Origin: Mytilus californianus
Taxonomy: Eukaryota
DNA: 64,000 bases
Direction of reading: 5' to 3'
NCBI RefSeq assembly: GCF_021869535.1
Contig: NW_026262690.1
Coordinates: forward strand, 43,090,001-43,154,000
Below are positions 1 to 11,124 of the stretch, in pieces; positions within the stretch are counted from its first letter, which is position 1, and each line of letters begins with the position of its first letter. Both the position numbers and the translations under genes were made by a program. The notes beneath the pieces were generated by a model. It saw nothing but the letters and a program-made list of their open reading frames with translations. It was not told the DNA's origin and made no database searches.

Positions 1-410
1 TTTTTCTGCATAGGTTTTCGAAGAACAAGATATCTGTCTACAGCGACGATCACCAAAATAATTAACGATGCCAATGACAAAAATATTGTCATAAAACATC
101 CGAACTTGCAGACGATATCTACTGAGTTCCAATAGGAAAGAATATTGAAAATGTAAAATGGTAACACTGTCAAACAGAAAACTATGTCTATGCCAGATAG
201 GAATAACACATATAATCTGTAATTTGATTGTTTAAATTGTTTATAGTAAACGTGGAGTACAAATGCATTCCCAGTTACACCAATCACAAAACATATCGCA
301 AGGAAAACACATGATGGCACATGCTGGTTGAGAAACAATAATTCAGTAGTAAATCTGTCCGATTTGTTTTGCAACAGAAAGCATTGACGACCAACGTTTA
401 GGTCAGTCAT
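1..410 (-). CDS. Rhodopsin-like (class A) GPCR, 5' part (N-terminus to ICL2), truncated by the window edge
   Basis: Manual translation from ATG at 410, open to position 1: MTDLNVGRQCFLLQNKSDRFTTELLFLNQHVPSCVFLAICFVIGVTGNAFVLHVYYKQFKQSNYRLYVLFLSGIDIVFCLTVLPFYIFNILSYWNSVDIVCKFGCFMTIFLSLASLIILVIVAVDRYLVLRKPMQK. It has TM1 GN, TM2 D, TM3 Cys and the DRY motif. Confidence 0.9.
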   Translation of the reverse strand, partial: MTDLNVGRQCFLLQNKSDRFTTELLFLNQHVPSCVFLAICFVIGVTGNAFVLHVYYKQFKQSNYRLYVLFLSGIDIVFCLTVLPFYIFNILSYWNSVDIVCKFGCFMTIFLSLASLIILVIVAVDRYLVLRKPMQK

Positions 411-2169
411 GCTGAGCACTGGCAATTCGCAAAGAGGAAGTTATAAAGTGAGAACGGGAAGTATTTTTTTTTTACAATAAATTAGACTTAGAAATGATTT
501 CCTAAAACACTAAACTAATATCTATTTAAAGTGTAACATTCAAACAATACAATGTAGTCAAGTCACAGTTTTTAGATTAGATCAAATCTTGTGTTGCCCA
601 CAGTTATTGTCGAAATAACTGCTTTTTTTATGCTTTGAACACCAAACTATTTTAAAACTAAAGCTATCCCTGTTCATTAAAAATAATTTACTTGTAAAGT
701 CATTCTCAGACTGACGTTTTTTTATATCAACAGAAAGACGTTTCTGAAGAACCTTATAATTTCCCATTTTCAGTAGTAATAAAACAACTTAAATCAATTG
801 GATTGCAGAGTTTTAGAATTGGGGCTGCACCTTCGGCAGCTACCAGAGGAGTGCCCTTAGCTATGATTCAAAACATGGGTAGACAGAAGTCTAATTCCCT
901 TCAGCATTATATAAGAATTGATAATGTTTGTGTGTAAGTAAAAAACATTCTGTGCTCTTGGTAGTAGATATTTGTTTCTATTTAGTCGAACATTCTAAAA
1001 TAACTAGTAGAGGTCAACATGGTTGGCTCTACATTTTTTCGTACATTTTAGTATATTTGGACAGAGGTCAACATGGCTTGCTCTACATTTGTTTTTCCTT
1101 CCACATGTCCAATACTTATGTGTTTTGTGAAAAATTGTTCTTTGTTTGTTTTTGTTTTTATATTTTAGAATTTGTAAGTGAACCTTTTCACATGACTATT
1201 ATTAACTATATGTTTTTTATTTCCCCATGTATTTTCGTCTATATGGACGGTAGAGGTTAGAACATGGCTTGCTCTGCATCTCGATTGTCAGAAATGGCAT
1301 TATCCCAAGCTATATATATACCGTACAATTCTGAACAAGTCATATTTGTCTTCCCTATAGTTCTGAACAGGGATTTCGCTACTATTAATATTGTTTATGT
1401 CATTCTCTAGTAATGATAAATTTTGACTAAATGACATTTTGCTTAACCTGAGTTTTATATTAACATCAAACTTAGTTCAGCCCGCCTATAGGTTTATTAA
1501 TTGAACATCATCTTGAGGAACTTTGGCTGTCAAAAAAGGCGTTTCTGAAAAACCTTAAAATTTCCCATTTTCAGTAGTAATAAAACAACTTAAATCAATC
1601 GGATTGGGAAGCAAGACAAATTAAGCCTTACAACATAATTAAAATAATCCATGAAGTGAAAGTTAACGTTATTTCATGACTTTCATGTATGAAATCTATT
1701 TAGAAGTATAACAGTCAACGATAGAATGTTAAAAAAAGCATGTATTTATTTCAACAGATTAAATACTTTTAGCGGCAATCCTATTTCAATCTGTGGCTAT
1801 TTTCCAATCTTGATTGTTAATTAAGTAGTATAGTTTTTTTTAGTAAAGCACTGGTCTTTCAAGATTTTCGTTGTGAACATGTTCATTATATTCTTTATTG
1901 TTGCATCGATTGAATTTGTTACATCATACTTGCCCACCACAGGCTATAAACCTCTTTAATTGTTGTATTTTTTGTGCACTTCGCAATTGATGCTGATCTC
2001 TGAACTTAATATCAGTTTATTTCATTAACTACCCGACTAGAATTTCTATGCATCATATGGTCAGGTGTAAAACTGGTGCAAAGTAAGATATGACGTTTTT
2101 CCTTTTACCTAAACAATGATTTTATTGAAACTTTGATTATGTTTTTAAATGAAACTAAAAACTGAAATG

Positions 2170-2846
2170 GCCAGGTGGCACATAGTGTTTCTCCAACTAA
2201 AGGAAATGTTTATAATAATCTTTTAAATAACATTTTTGTATGGAAATGTAGAGAGTGAAAATGGAGACCAAATATGTATGAATAGAGTTGATGAACATCA
2301 GTTATTGTGCAAACACTTTGTCTTGTTTAAAGACTCCAGGAGGAGTTGATTGTTACTGTCTTTCTGCTGAAAAAAGATAAGTTCCGAAGTATGGAAAAAA
2401 AGGATACATTTCTGAAACAATTTCATCATAGCAACTATAATATTGTGCAATATCTCTGTGAAGTTTCAAGGATCTGTGCGAAATCTGTAGGAACATTTGA
2501 TTACACAAAATTGGTACCGTCTTTAATAATTTTTTTTTAGAAACTACCAATTTCCTAAAGTCTGGAAATTGGAAACAGTCACTCAAACAATTTCTTAATA
2601 GTAGGTGAACTACTTCAATATGTGTGCAATCTTTCTGTGAAGGATCAGGAATCATTGTTGAAAAATATAGAAGTTATAATTACAAAAAGGGACTCGAATT
2701 TCTCAATTGACTGGCTACACCACCAGCCCGACTTTGAAATTCATAAACTCGGCCAAAATGCGTTAAAATATATTCTCGAAAAAATGCAATCAAAACATTG
2801 TTCTTGTGATGACTGGCGACATGTTTTCGCGGTCGCAGAACTTTAG
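2170..2846 (+). pseudogene. Possible decayed coding fragment, product unidentified
   Basis: Consecutive protein-like ORF pieces (2346..2540, 2622..2846) separated by stops and frameshifts; no motif recognised. Confidence 0.25.
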
Positions 2847-3075
2847 ATACCAGAATAGTTGTCTGATACGAATTTTACCGATTTTTTTCTATACCTGATC
2901 GGTGACATTTTGACTGAGTGTTGATTAGCATGGCGGATGATGCATGCTAAGCTGGGGACACTTACCTTGTCATCACACCTGGTCGGTCCTTCTAGAGATC
3001 ATGCTGTTCCTAGGTTTTCGTGTGTTACCTTCATTTGTATCGATTTATGAGATTTGAACATCGGTAAACTGCCTC
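2846..3075 (+). mobile_element. 3' tail of Penelope-like element (subfamily 2)
   Basis: Similar to 41103-41200 plus 42635-42690, which follows an RT C-terminal relic. A related inverted copy lies near 3690-3830. Confidence 0.5.
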
Positions 3076-3294
3076 AATTTAAACTTTAAATTCGCATACA
3101 TTTTGCAATTTCTTGCAAATTAAATTTTAATCATTTCGGTATTGGGCCCATTTAGAGCATATAAATTATTATAATGTTAAAACATATACACCCATACTTA
3201 ATGATTAAAAACAAACGTAAAGGCGAGTAGACAACCAGTACAAAAAGGGATAACTCTAAATATAAATTTTATCTCTTTTTTTCTTGAACTCCAT

Positions 3295-3385
3295 GAGACT
3301 CATCGAATATATCAGGCTTATAATTTGTTACTTCAGATTGGTGTTCCGTCTACATAAGACTCATCAATGACTGAATACCAGTGCT
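3295..3385 (-). ncRNA. Decayed minimal type I hammerhead ribozyme motif inside a repeat
   Basis: cagtca-TTGATGA-GTCT-tatgt-AGAC-GGAAC-acca-ATC-tgaagta. The layout and stem II are intact; core positions are substituted. Confidence 0.55.
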
Positions 3386-4404
3386 GTATAGATACGTAAT
3401 AACGCTGTGAGCTTTATGTCCAAAAGGGACATAAACAGAATAGTCAAATTCATCTAAGATCAACTTTTCCTGAGGGAGTTGGAACCTTAGTTAAATAATA
3501 ATTTCTTAATCTATATCAACGGTGATAAGTAACATGTATAGGAACAGTTTTTACATAGCCTTTTATCTGGACAGCAACTCAAGTTTTATCCTAGGCTCGT
3601 TAGTTTTCGTTCATGTCTCCGAGTGTTTACACCCAGGCTTATGTACTCCGCCTAAATGAAGTTAAAACTGTTCCGTTGTTGAATAAGAGCAATCGGTGTT
3701 CAAATCTAATAAATCGATTAAGAAGACAAATCAAGATAACAAACGAACACCGAGAGAATCGCACGAACTCAACAGAAAGGATCGAGACCGGGTGTGTCGA
3801 CAGGTAAGCGTCTCCTGCTATGCATGCTTCACACGCAATGTGAATCCACACTCAGCCAAAACACCAAGCACACAAACAAATAACATAAAAACATTAGATA
3901 CACAGCACCAATATAAGAGTAATCGCAGTTCTCCGTCTATTGCAAATAGATATGTTAATATCCAGTTTTCAATCTAAAAATGTATGTTTGAGTACCATGA
4001 TTTTTTTACTTATTTTTGCCATATTTATTTTGCTTATAAGCTTAACTAATCAGGACATTGGAAACGTGCTCAAACAGTCTATAACAGTCGAAGAACAAAA
4101 ATACCGAACTCCAAGATAAATTCAAAGTATTGCTTTGATAAGTCTATATTTAATGGGTATAACCTAAGTTCTACTTTAAAAAGTCTATATCTTATGGATA
4201 TCACATAAGTTCTGAAAGGACTGCTATGTTTGTACAAAGTAAAGTAACATGCACCAAGAATATGTTTACACATTTGTAGGTTCAACTTTTCCACTTCTCA
4301 TTCTTTAAAAATGTCAGCACAAACAAAGAATGCCGTTCAAAACGACACGAAGGACCATCGTTTAGTTCCAGTGAAGTGTTGGATTATGCTCCGTGTTGAA
4401 TGCT

Positions 4405-4475
4405 TTACTCTATTGAAGACGAAACGTGCGTCTGGCGTACAAATGTTTAATCCTGGTATCTGTGATGAGTTTATT
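4405..4475 (+). ncRNA. Partial hammerhead ribozyme motif (3' half), same repeat family
   Basis: AGAC-GAAAC-gtgc-GTC-tggcgta followed by a tail similar to the 3295 copy; the CUGAUGA box is not recognisable. Confidence 0.45.
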
Positions 4476-5441
4476 TATACAGGAATGGTTATAAAAGCGC
4501 TGTTTTTATGCACTTGGGTTTGTCTATAGGTTTGGGTTTGTATAGGGATTCTTTTGTGACAGTCATGAATTAATACATCGTTTGCCTTCTTTCACAGTAA
4601 GGTAAGTCGTGAGTTAATTTAACAACACGACTAAAGATCTAACACAACCAAATTTTGAATAGTCATTATTATAAGAGGGGACATCCACTAAAGAGATGAC
4701 TGATTTTGACAATAAGTTTAGTTACGAGCATTAAATCTTCGATTAATCTGAATATGTGGAAGAAAAATTGAAACGGTTCAAAGGTAAAATAAAACAAACC
4801 AGAAAATGCACTTTCGTCAATAATATTAAAATTAATTCAGAATAAACACTCATCTGAATGATAAAGGCATTTAAAAACACAAAAAACACTGTTGGGTAAA
4901 ACAAAATTCCTGTATGAAATAACCGCTTTAAAGAAAGTTCGAAGATACTAATGGTATGTTCAAAGTACTTTATATGTTGAAAGATAATTCAGGCCTTCTT
5001 ACACTCTTTATTTATCAGTTAGTGTTCATATGTGTAGATTTCACATAAGAATGTCATAATAATGTAGGGAAAAATTTTAGCAATGTTCGTGGAAAAGTCA
5101 ATGGAAAATCCAAATGTAGAAAAGGAAAAGAAATGTTACAGGCTGTTACTCCTCATGTTCAACTCCGTCTGTTTTGGTGTTTTAATATAATTTATTTAGT
5201 TTCATTTAGCGTCATCGTTGATCATTAAAAAATCTTATCTTCGAATAGGAGAAAAGAAGTCCCACAATTTATTTAAAACTTAAGTTAAGAATAAAACACT
5301 GCCCTATTCGAATAATGTGTATATGGTTGTTATTTTCAAAATTCTAATCAATCCTTCTAATATCATAATTGTCACCTTACAAAGAAAGAAGTACAATACA
5401 TATCAAGTCATGAGTGTCAAATGCGTAATGAATTATGCTTA

Positions 5442-6704
5442 CTAAACATCAAGCTCCTCTGTTCTGCAGACCTTTAATTTCAATGTTCTCGCTACTCTTC
5501 TACATGCATGTCTAAATCTCCTATCAAATATACTATATATTATAGGGTTCACAGTGGCACCAAGGAAATATGACCGCAAGAAGAAACCATATACGACCCG
5601 ACCACCTGGATTCATATTTAACACGAAATTGTCAATGACATTGTTTAGAATTATAAGAATCAAGTAAGGCAGACCTGCAATGATAAATGAAAACGTTACA
5701 ATAAACATAAGATATGTTGTATTTCGTGCCAACGTTCGTCTGCGTTTTATCTGATCCAGTTGGGTAGTAGATAGTTGGATTTTGAATGGTTTCTTTCTCT
5801 CAATTGTCCCGATCTCGGATGTTTGTGAATCCATAGATTTAAAATCATCAATACTGTCATTGCTATTATAAGTCGTGTTTACAATATCTTTACTATTACT
5901 CTTTGACACATGAACATACTCGTTCATTGCAGCGGCGTTAGAGTTCTCAGTTCGCTGTAACCTCTTTAGATTAGAAACATCGCCTAAGTTTTCGGTGCTA
6001 TCTAACGTATTAGACTTAGACTGGCTGCCACGTCTTTCATTTTTGTAGGCAAAGAATCTCACCTTTCTCCCGATCAGACAATACATGACAATCATTATTG
6101 ACAACGTTGCGGTGAATAGAATAAAAATCAGAAACTTGAAGACAGTCGGATATGCTGATTTTTGATAAACATCTTCGATCGAACACTCCGTTCCATTTAA
6201 TCCTTCACCTTTGATCACAACAGTTTTCGAACCATTCATAACAAATTCAGGCCATACGAGAAGAAGTGTAACAAAAAACAACACAATACAGAGTAATTTG
6301 GCCGTCCTGTTTGAAATTTGAAATCCCACTGGGCGACATATTTTCAAATATCTGTCAACTGCTATTGCAAGCAATACCCCACCAGCGTAAAGGGTGGTTA
6401 GTGCGTTTCCTGTTCTTGAAAATTTACATAGCAACGTATCTTGGAAATTGTATTCGTTAAGTACAGTAATGATTTCCAATGGAATATCTATGACGCAAGT
6501 GCTCCAGTCTATTGCAGCAAGAAAAAGTAAGAAAATTCTGGAATTTAATTTTGTATAAATTGATGCATAAATGTAAAACACTAAAGAATTTCCAATACAT
6601 CCTGTGATTCCAACTAATCCAAGGTACACGACTATCGGAATGTTTCGTAACGCTTGCGCATGATTTAGTTCTGCAAGACGTGATGACGTGTTATCGAATT
6701 GCAT
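5442..6704 (-). CDS. Rhodopsin-like (class A) GPCR, 420 aa, uninterrupted CDS (orphan peptide-receptor-like; resembles the molluscan group often annotated CCK-receptor-like)
   Basis: Seven hydrophobic segments, GN in TM1, AVDRY, ECL2 Cys, long ICL3, NPIIY in TM7 and an N-terminal NTS glycosylation site. Candidate 5'UTR acceptor (tgtctttag) near 6752. Confidence 0.95.
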   Translation of the reverse strand: MQFDNTSSRLAELNHAQALRNIPIVVYLGLVGITGCIGNSLVFYIYASIYTKLNSRIFLLFLAAIDWSTCVIDIPLEIITVLNEYNFQDTLLCKFSRTGNALTTLYAGGVLLAIAVDRYLKICRPVGFQISNRTAKLLCIVLFFVTLLLVWPEFVMNGSKTVVIKGEGLNGTECSIEDVYQKSAYPTVFKFLIFILFTATLSIMIVMYCLIGRKVRFFAYKNERRGSQSKSNTLDSTENLGDVSNLKRLQRTENSNAAAMNEYVHVSKSNSKDIVNTTYNSNDSIDDFKSMDSQTSEIGTIERKKPFKIQLSTTQLDQIKRRRTLARNTTYLMFIVTFSFIIAGLPYLILIILNNVIDNFVLNMNPGGRVVYGFFLRSYFLGATVNPIIYSIFDRRFRHACRRVARTLKLKVCRTEELDV

Positions 6705-7012
6705 TGCCCACTTTTCTCAGTCAATCACAATAATTGCTCCTTTTTCTTGACCTAAAGACATCTTACTACATGTTTACTACTTAAACAGTATATTTTGAAT
6801 ATGGAGGGGTAAGATTTATAATATCCGGAGATTAACTTAATATGAAATTTAACCATTTATAACTTACAAAGGGATTAATAATATCATGCAAGATCCGGGA
6901 TTGTCATACAAATTCAGACACAAGTATGCAAATACAAGACATATATAAATCCAAGTATTTATTTATCGCTAAGAGCTTGTCCTTTTTGACTCGTGCTTTA
7001 TACGCTTTATAG

Positions 7013-7480
7013 ATATAAGAAGATGTGGTATGAGTGCCAATGAGACAACTCTCCATCCAAGTCAAAATTTATAAAAGTAAACCATTATAGGTCACAGTAC
7101 GGTCTTCAACACGGAGCCTTGGCTCACACCGAACAGTAAGCTATAAAGGGCCCCAAAAAATTACTAGTGTAAAACCATTCAAACGGGAAAACCAACGGTC
7201 TAACTCTATATAAAAAACGAGAAACGAGAAACACTTATGAACCACATCAACAAACGACAACTACTGAACATCAGATTCCTGACTTAGGACAGGTGCAAAC
7301 AAATGCAGCGGGTTTAAACGTTTTAATGGTACCAAACCTTCACCCTTTTTCTGAAACAATAGTGTAACATCACAACATAGAAAGACACACTATAAAATAT
7401 CAACTGAAATAGCTTAACTCAATCAAAGGACATATTAACACCATTGAACATACGCTGAACAAATAAATTTGACCTATGAC
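7013..7480 (+). repeat. Abundant interspersed repeat (agaagatgtggtatgattgccaatgagacaac family)
   Basis: Similar copies at 32335-32910, 43256-43885, 38890-39145 (-), 44803-44950 (-), 46035-46150 and 57530-57600. Confidence 0.85.
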
Positions 7481-8309
7481 ACAATGTAAATACAAAATAA
7501 ATAAACTAAGGGAAGAATAATAAAAGTAACATATTATATAGGTAAGAAATGTTAAACAATTAAAGAAAAACAATATGCTCGAACAAATATACCATCCATT
7601 TGCAATAACTTTAAACACAGGTAAATGAAAATAATTTTGTTGTTAGGTATACGTGTACAGTACCAATAGAGAAAGGAAATATTTTTACAAAATAAATAAT
7701 TTAGAATACAAAATAAATAAACTAAGGGAAGAATAATAAAAGTAACATGTTATATAGGTAAGAAATGTTAAACATTTAACGGTTACATAATACAATTTGC
7801 AAATTATTTGACTAAAACAAAATTGCATATTAGTGTATGATGAATGAATATAGTCACAAGTCAAAAGAGAACGAAAAGCCAAAAGTAACAAAAAAAATAA
7901 ATATGAAAAAATCGAAAACAATTCAGGGCAAAGGAAACAAAAAAATCAGACAGGTAAAGCATGGAATTACAGACATTTGCACGTCTTGAATCCTGGTCTT
8001 GTCATATTATTAAATCAGCCTTTATAATAAAAGATTAGAGGTTTGCATGTTAACGAGACAGCAACCAACAACACAAAAAACAATGAAAAAATTATTTAGA
8101 CTTTAACATACGGGTTTCAACCAAAGAAAGTTGTCAATGCTATATATAAACTGTATATTGCCCCGAGTCCACAAAAGAAGTAAATGCATTGAATAGTCTA
8201 TCGGAGATCTTCATTCAAACCCCAATCCGCCCAAGATGACAAAAAGCAACGAAACGAAAAGAAATAAAACCAAATGAAATTAAAAAAATCAAATATATTA
8301 TAATATATG

Positions 8310-8410
8310 CCCGGAGAGAACCACCAACCTTCGGGAGGAAACTGACAATCCTAATCAATTAAGTCTGGAGTCGAGCACACCTGCCACGTGCGGTCGAACT
8401 CAAGCCGGGT
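8310..8410 (-). mobile_element. tRNA-derived SINE fragment (V-domain-like)
   Basis: Similar to 46160-46335 (-) and 10203-10275 (+); carries the ggttctctccgg motif. Confidence 0.5.
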
Positions 8411-8514
8411 ATCGAAACGACGACCTGCAAATTGAGACGAGCACATTACCACGAGACTACTCAAGCGGTTATAACCATTCTGTTTGATGACAACTTATTA
8501 TCTTCTAAATAGAG

Positions 8515-8800
8515 GCGGAACACACCAAAGGGGTATGAAAACTCACAAGTCACGGAAGACAAACTTACAACGCCATGGCAAAAAATGAAAGACAAAAGTG
8601 AGCAAAACACAAAAAGAATAACTCAAGACTGAACAACACGAACTTGATGTGAACCAATGCACCAAAAACAGGGGTAATCTCAAGGACTCTGGAAGGGAAA
8701 GCAGATCTTGCCTCACATAATATGGCACCCCTCATGCAAGTACAAATTCTGTGATAAGTCTCATTCGGTGATGTAACATTCAAGGGAAAGAGGCCTAGGA
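8515..8800 (-). mobile_element. 3' tail of Penelope-like element (subfamily 1)
   Basis: Reverse complement of the repeat at 21206, 28405 and 40540. Confidence 0.6.
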
Positions 8801-11124
8801 CGGAATTGAGGTTAAGACAATTGAAACAAATCCGTCGTCATCTGCATAACGATCAACTTTAATGAAATGTATTTCCTGCAGATCAACTTTAATGAAATGT
8901 GGGTCAAATGTATTTCATTCTTGACAAAGAAATATGCCGTGTAATAAAAGTGCTTTATCAATTTCTACAAAATTCGGTTTACATCCGCTGTGTAGTTTCA
9001 AAGGGGGATTTGTCAATAAGAGTCAAAGAATGCATCTGAAAAATGTGTAAAATTTACCTGAACGGACGGGCAAACGGACGGAAAGTGACGGTAATAGCTC
9101 AGAAGGCCTTTTAGGCCAGAAAAGCTAATCAAACTGGGATGAGTGTCATAAACCCTCATGAATGAAATGTGAATCAAATTAATTTATTACATTTCGTTTC
9201 GTTTTGTTCTTTCGTTGATTTCATTTCTTTTCTTTTCGTTACGTTTTGTTTCTTTTCGTTTCTTTTCCATTCGTTTTCTATTTCTGTTTCGTACTTTATA
9301 GGCACCCCATATTTAGAGTATTTTGAGCCAAAATTTACTTGTCAATGAATTTGTATTAACAAGTGAGGACTCATGTGCTCCATAGTATACTTATTCAAAA
9401 TTTCGAGAAAAACAGGGGTTATTTTTAGTAGCAATTCCTTCTGAACGGTCATGTTTCACTTTAAGACTTTTAACATTGGTTGAAAATTGGCATGCAGAAA
9501 GGTGATAAATGTACAATTTCGGATATGCATTTTGAATTGGTGGTCTGACACCTAAATGTGCCTGTCTTGAAAGCTCAGTATCATAGTATGTTCGAATAAG
9601 TCAAAGATGCGGTATCGATCCATGCTATAAAGATAATAAGTGTTTTTGCCTTTTAAGAGCTCTAATATTTTTATGAACATTTAGCGTTTTATGAAATAAG
9701 TTGCCAGTGCTTCATTCATATTTTTTTTAATCTCCGGAATAGAGGGTTTTGACTACATTACTAATGGTTGGTCTCTTTTCTTTAAAAGTCATCCAAATGT
9801 TTCCTTTCTGAATTATTTGTTTGATTAATAATTTCATTTGCATCATACATTTTATATTATAAACATCTCATTAATTTCCTTTATGTGTCTTGAATGGATA
9901 ATCTAGTCGGCTATTATCCTAGGAGTCCCAAAACTACCATTTTGTTTCTAAAAAGCATTGTAAAATGTTCTCTAGGATAATATGAATTTTGAGATCTGCT
10001 AATTCTGCGGAGGCTCATCCACTCATCGATACATCCAAGATTTCAAGATCAAATGTGTTAATATAAAATTTACTGTTCTCTAGAACAACCCGTTGCATGT
10101 GTACTATACCCTTTAGGCAAAACTTGGGATTTCAAAATCGGTTTAATATTGTCCATTATCTTTTTATTAGTTTCGAGTATTTCATCGAATTTTAAATTCA
10201 GCACTAAGGTTGTGAGTTTGAATCCTGCACGTGGCAGTTGGGCTCAACTCCATTCTTAATTGACTAAGGACTTAGTTTATAAATGCTCAAAATTGTAGGA
10301 CTTTAAGCAAATGTAAGTTTTAATCAATCAATTATTTTTTTTATTCAATCTGATCTACTAAACTTGATTGTTTTGTCTACTGTAATATATGTCCTATTGA
10401 GCAAATCAACTTTTCTTGCCTGATTTTCATCATTAGCCTTTTCTCTGTATCGTTTATTATTCTTTTTTGGTGGGGTTTGTGTTGCTAAGTCTGTAGTTTT
10501 CTGTTCTGTTTTGTAGGAATTGTCGTTTGGTCGTTTTTCATCATCATGGTGTCAGTTGGATGTAAACTTAATAGTTTGGATATCCCTGTGGTATCCTCCA
10601 CCTCTCTTTTATTATACAATCGATAGAAGTGGTTAGAAATCTCTTTCTCAATTGCCTTTTTACTTTCTGCAGCAGTTGTTGTTTGTGGAACTTAATCTGT
10701 TTATTTCATTAACAACCTGTTAACACTTGGAACGATTTAGAGCTTGAAATAGGGAGTAGACGCAGCTATTTCAATCTGGAAAATATCACAGCAAAGGCTA
10801 TTTCAGAAAACTTGCATGGAGTAGAATTCCTCCGTCTTTCATTTTTTTTTATGAAATTGAGATTATGCTCTTTGAATGCATCAACATAAATTGTATATGT
10901 CTGGGAAAATGCGCATTAGTATTGCCACAGGCACTTGTCTCAGAAATTTTTTTTCCTACATACCTTAAGGTATATAGGATTTTTTTTTTCTGAGACTAGT
11001 GCCTGTGGGTATTGCACAGAATTATATATTAAATCTAAATGTTGACAACATAGACACTAATAGACTATAGGATCGCTATGTATCGCTTTTGCAACAAAAT
11101 AATTGCAGGCTTGACAAAAACAGT

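Noticed and set aside
10203-10275. tRNA-like B-box sequence, also near 61590
   Set aside because: No complete cloverleaf, and it continues into SINE body sequence.
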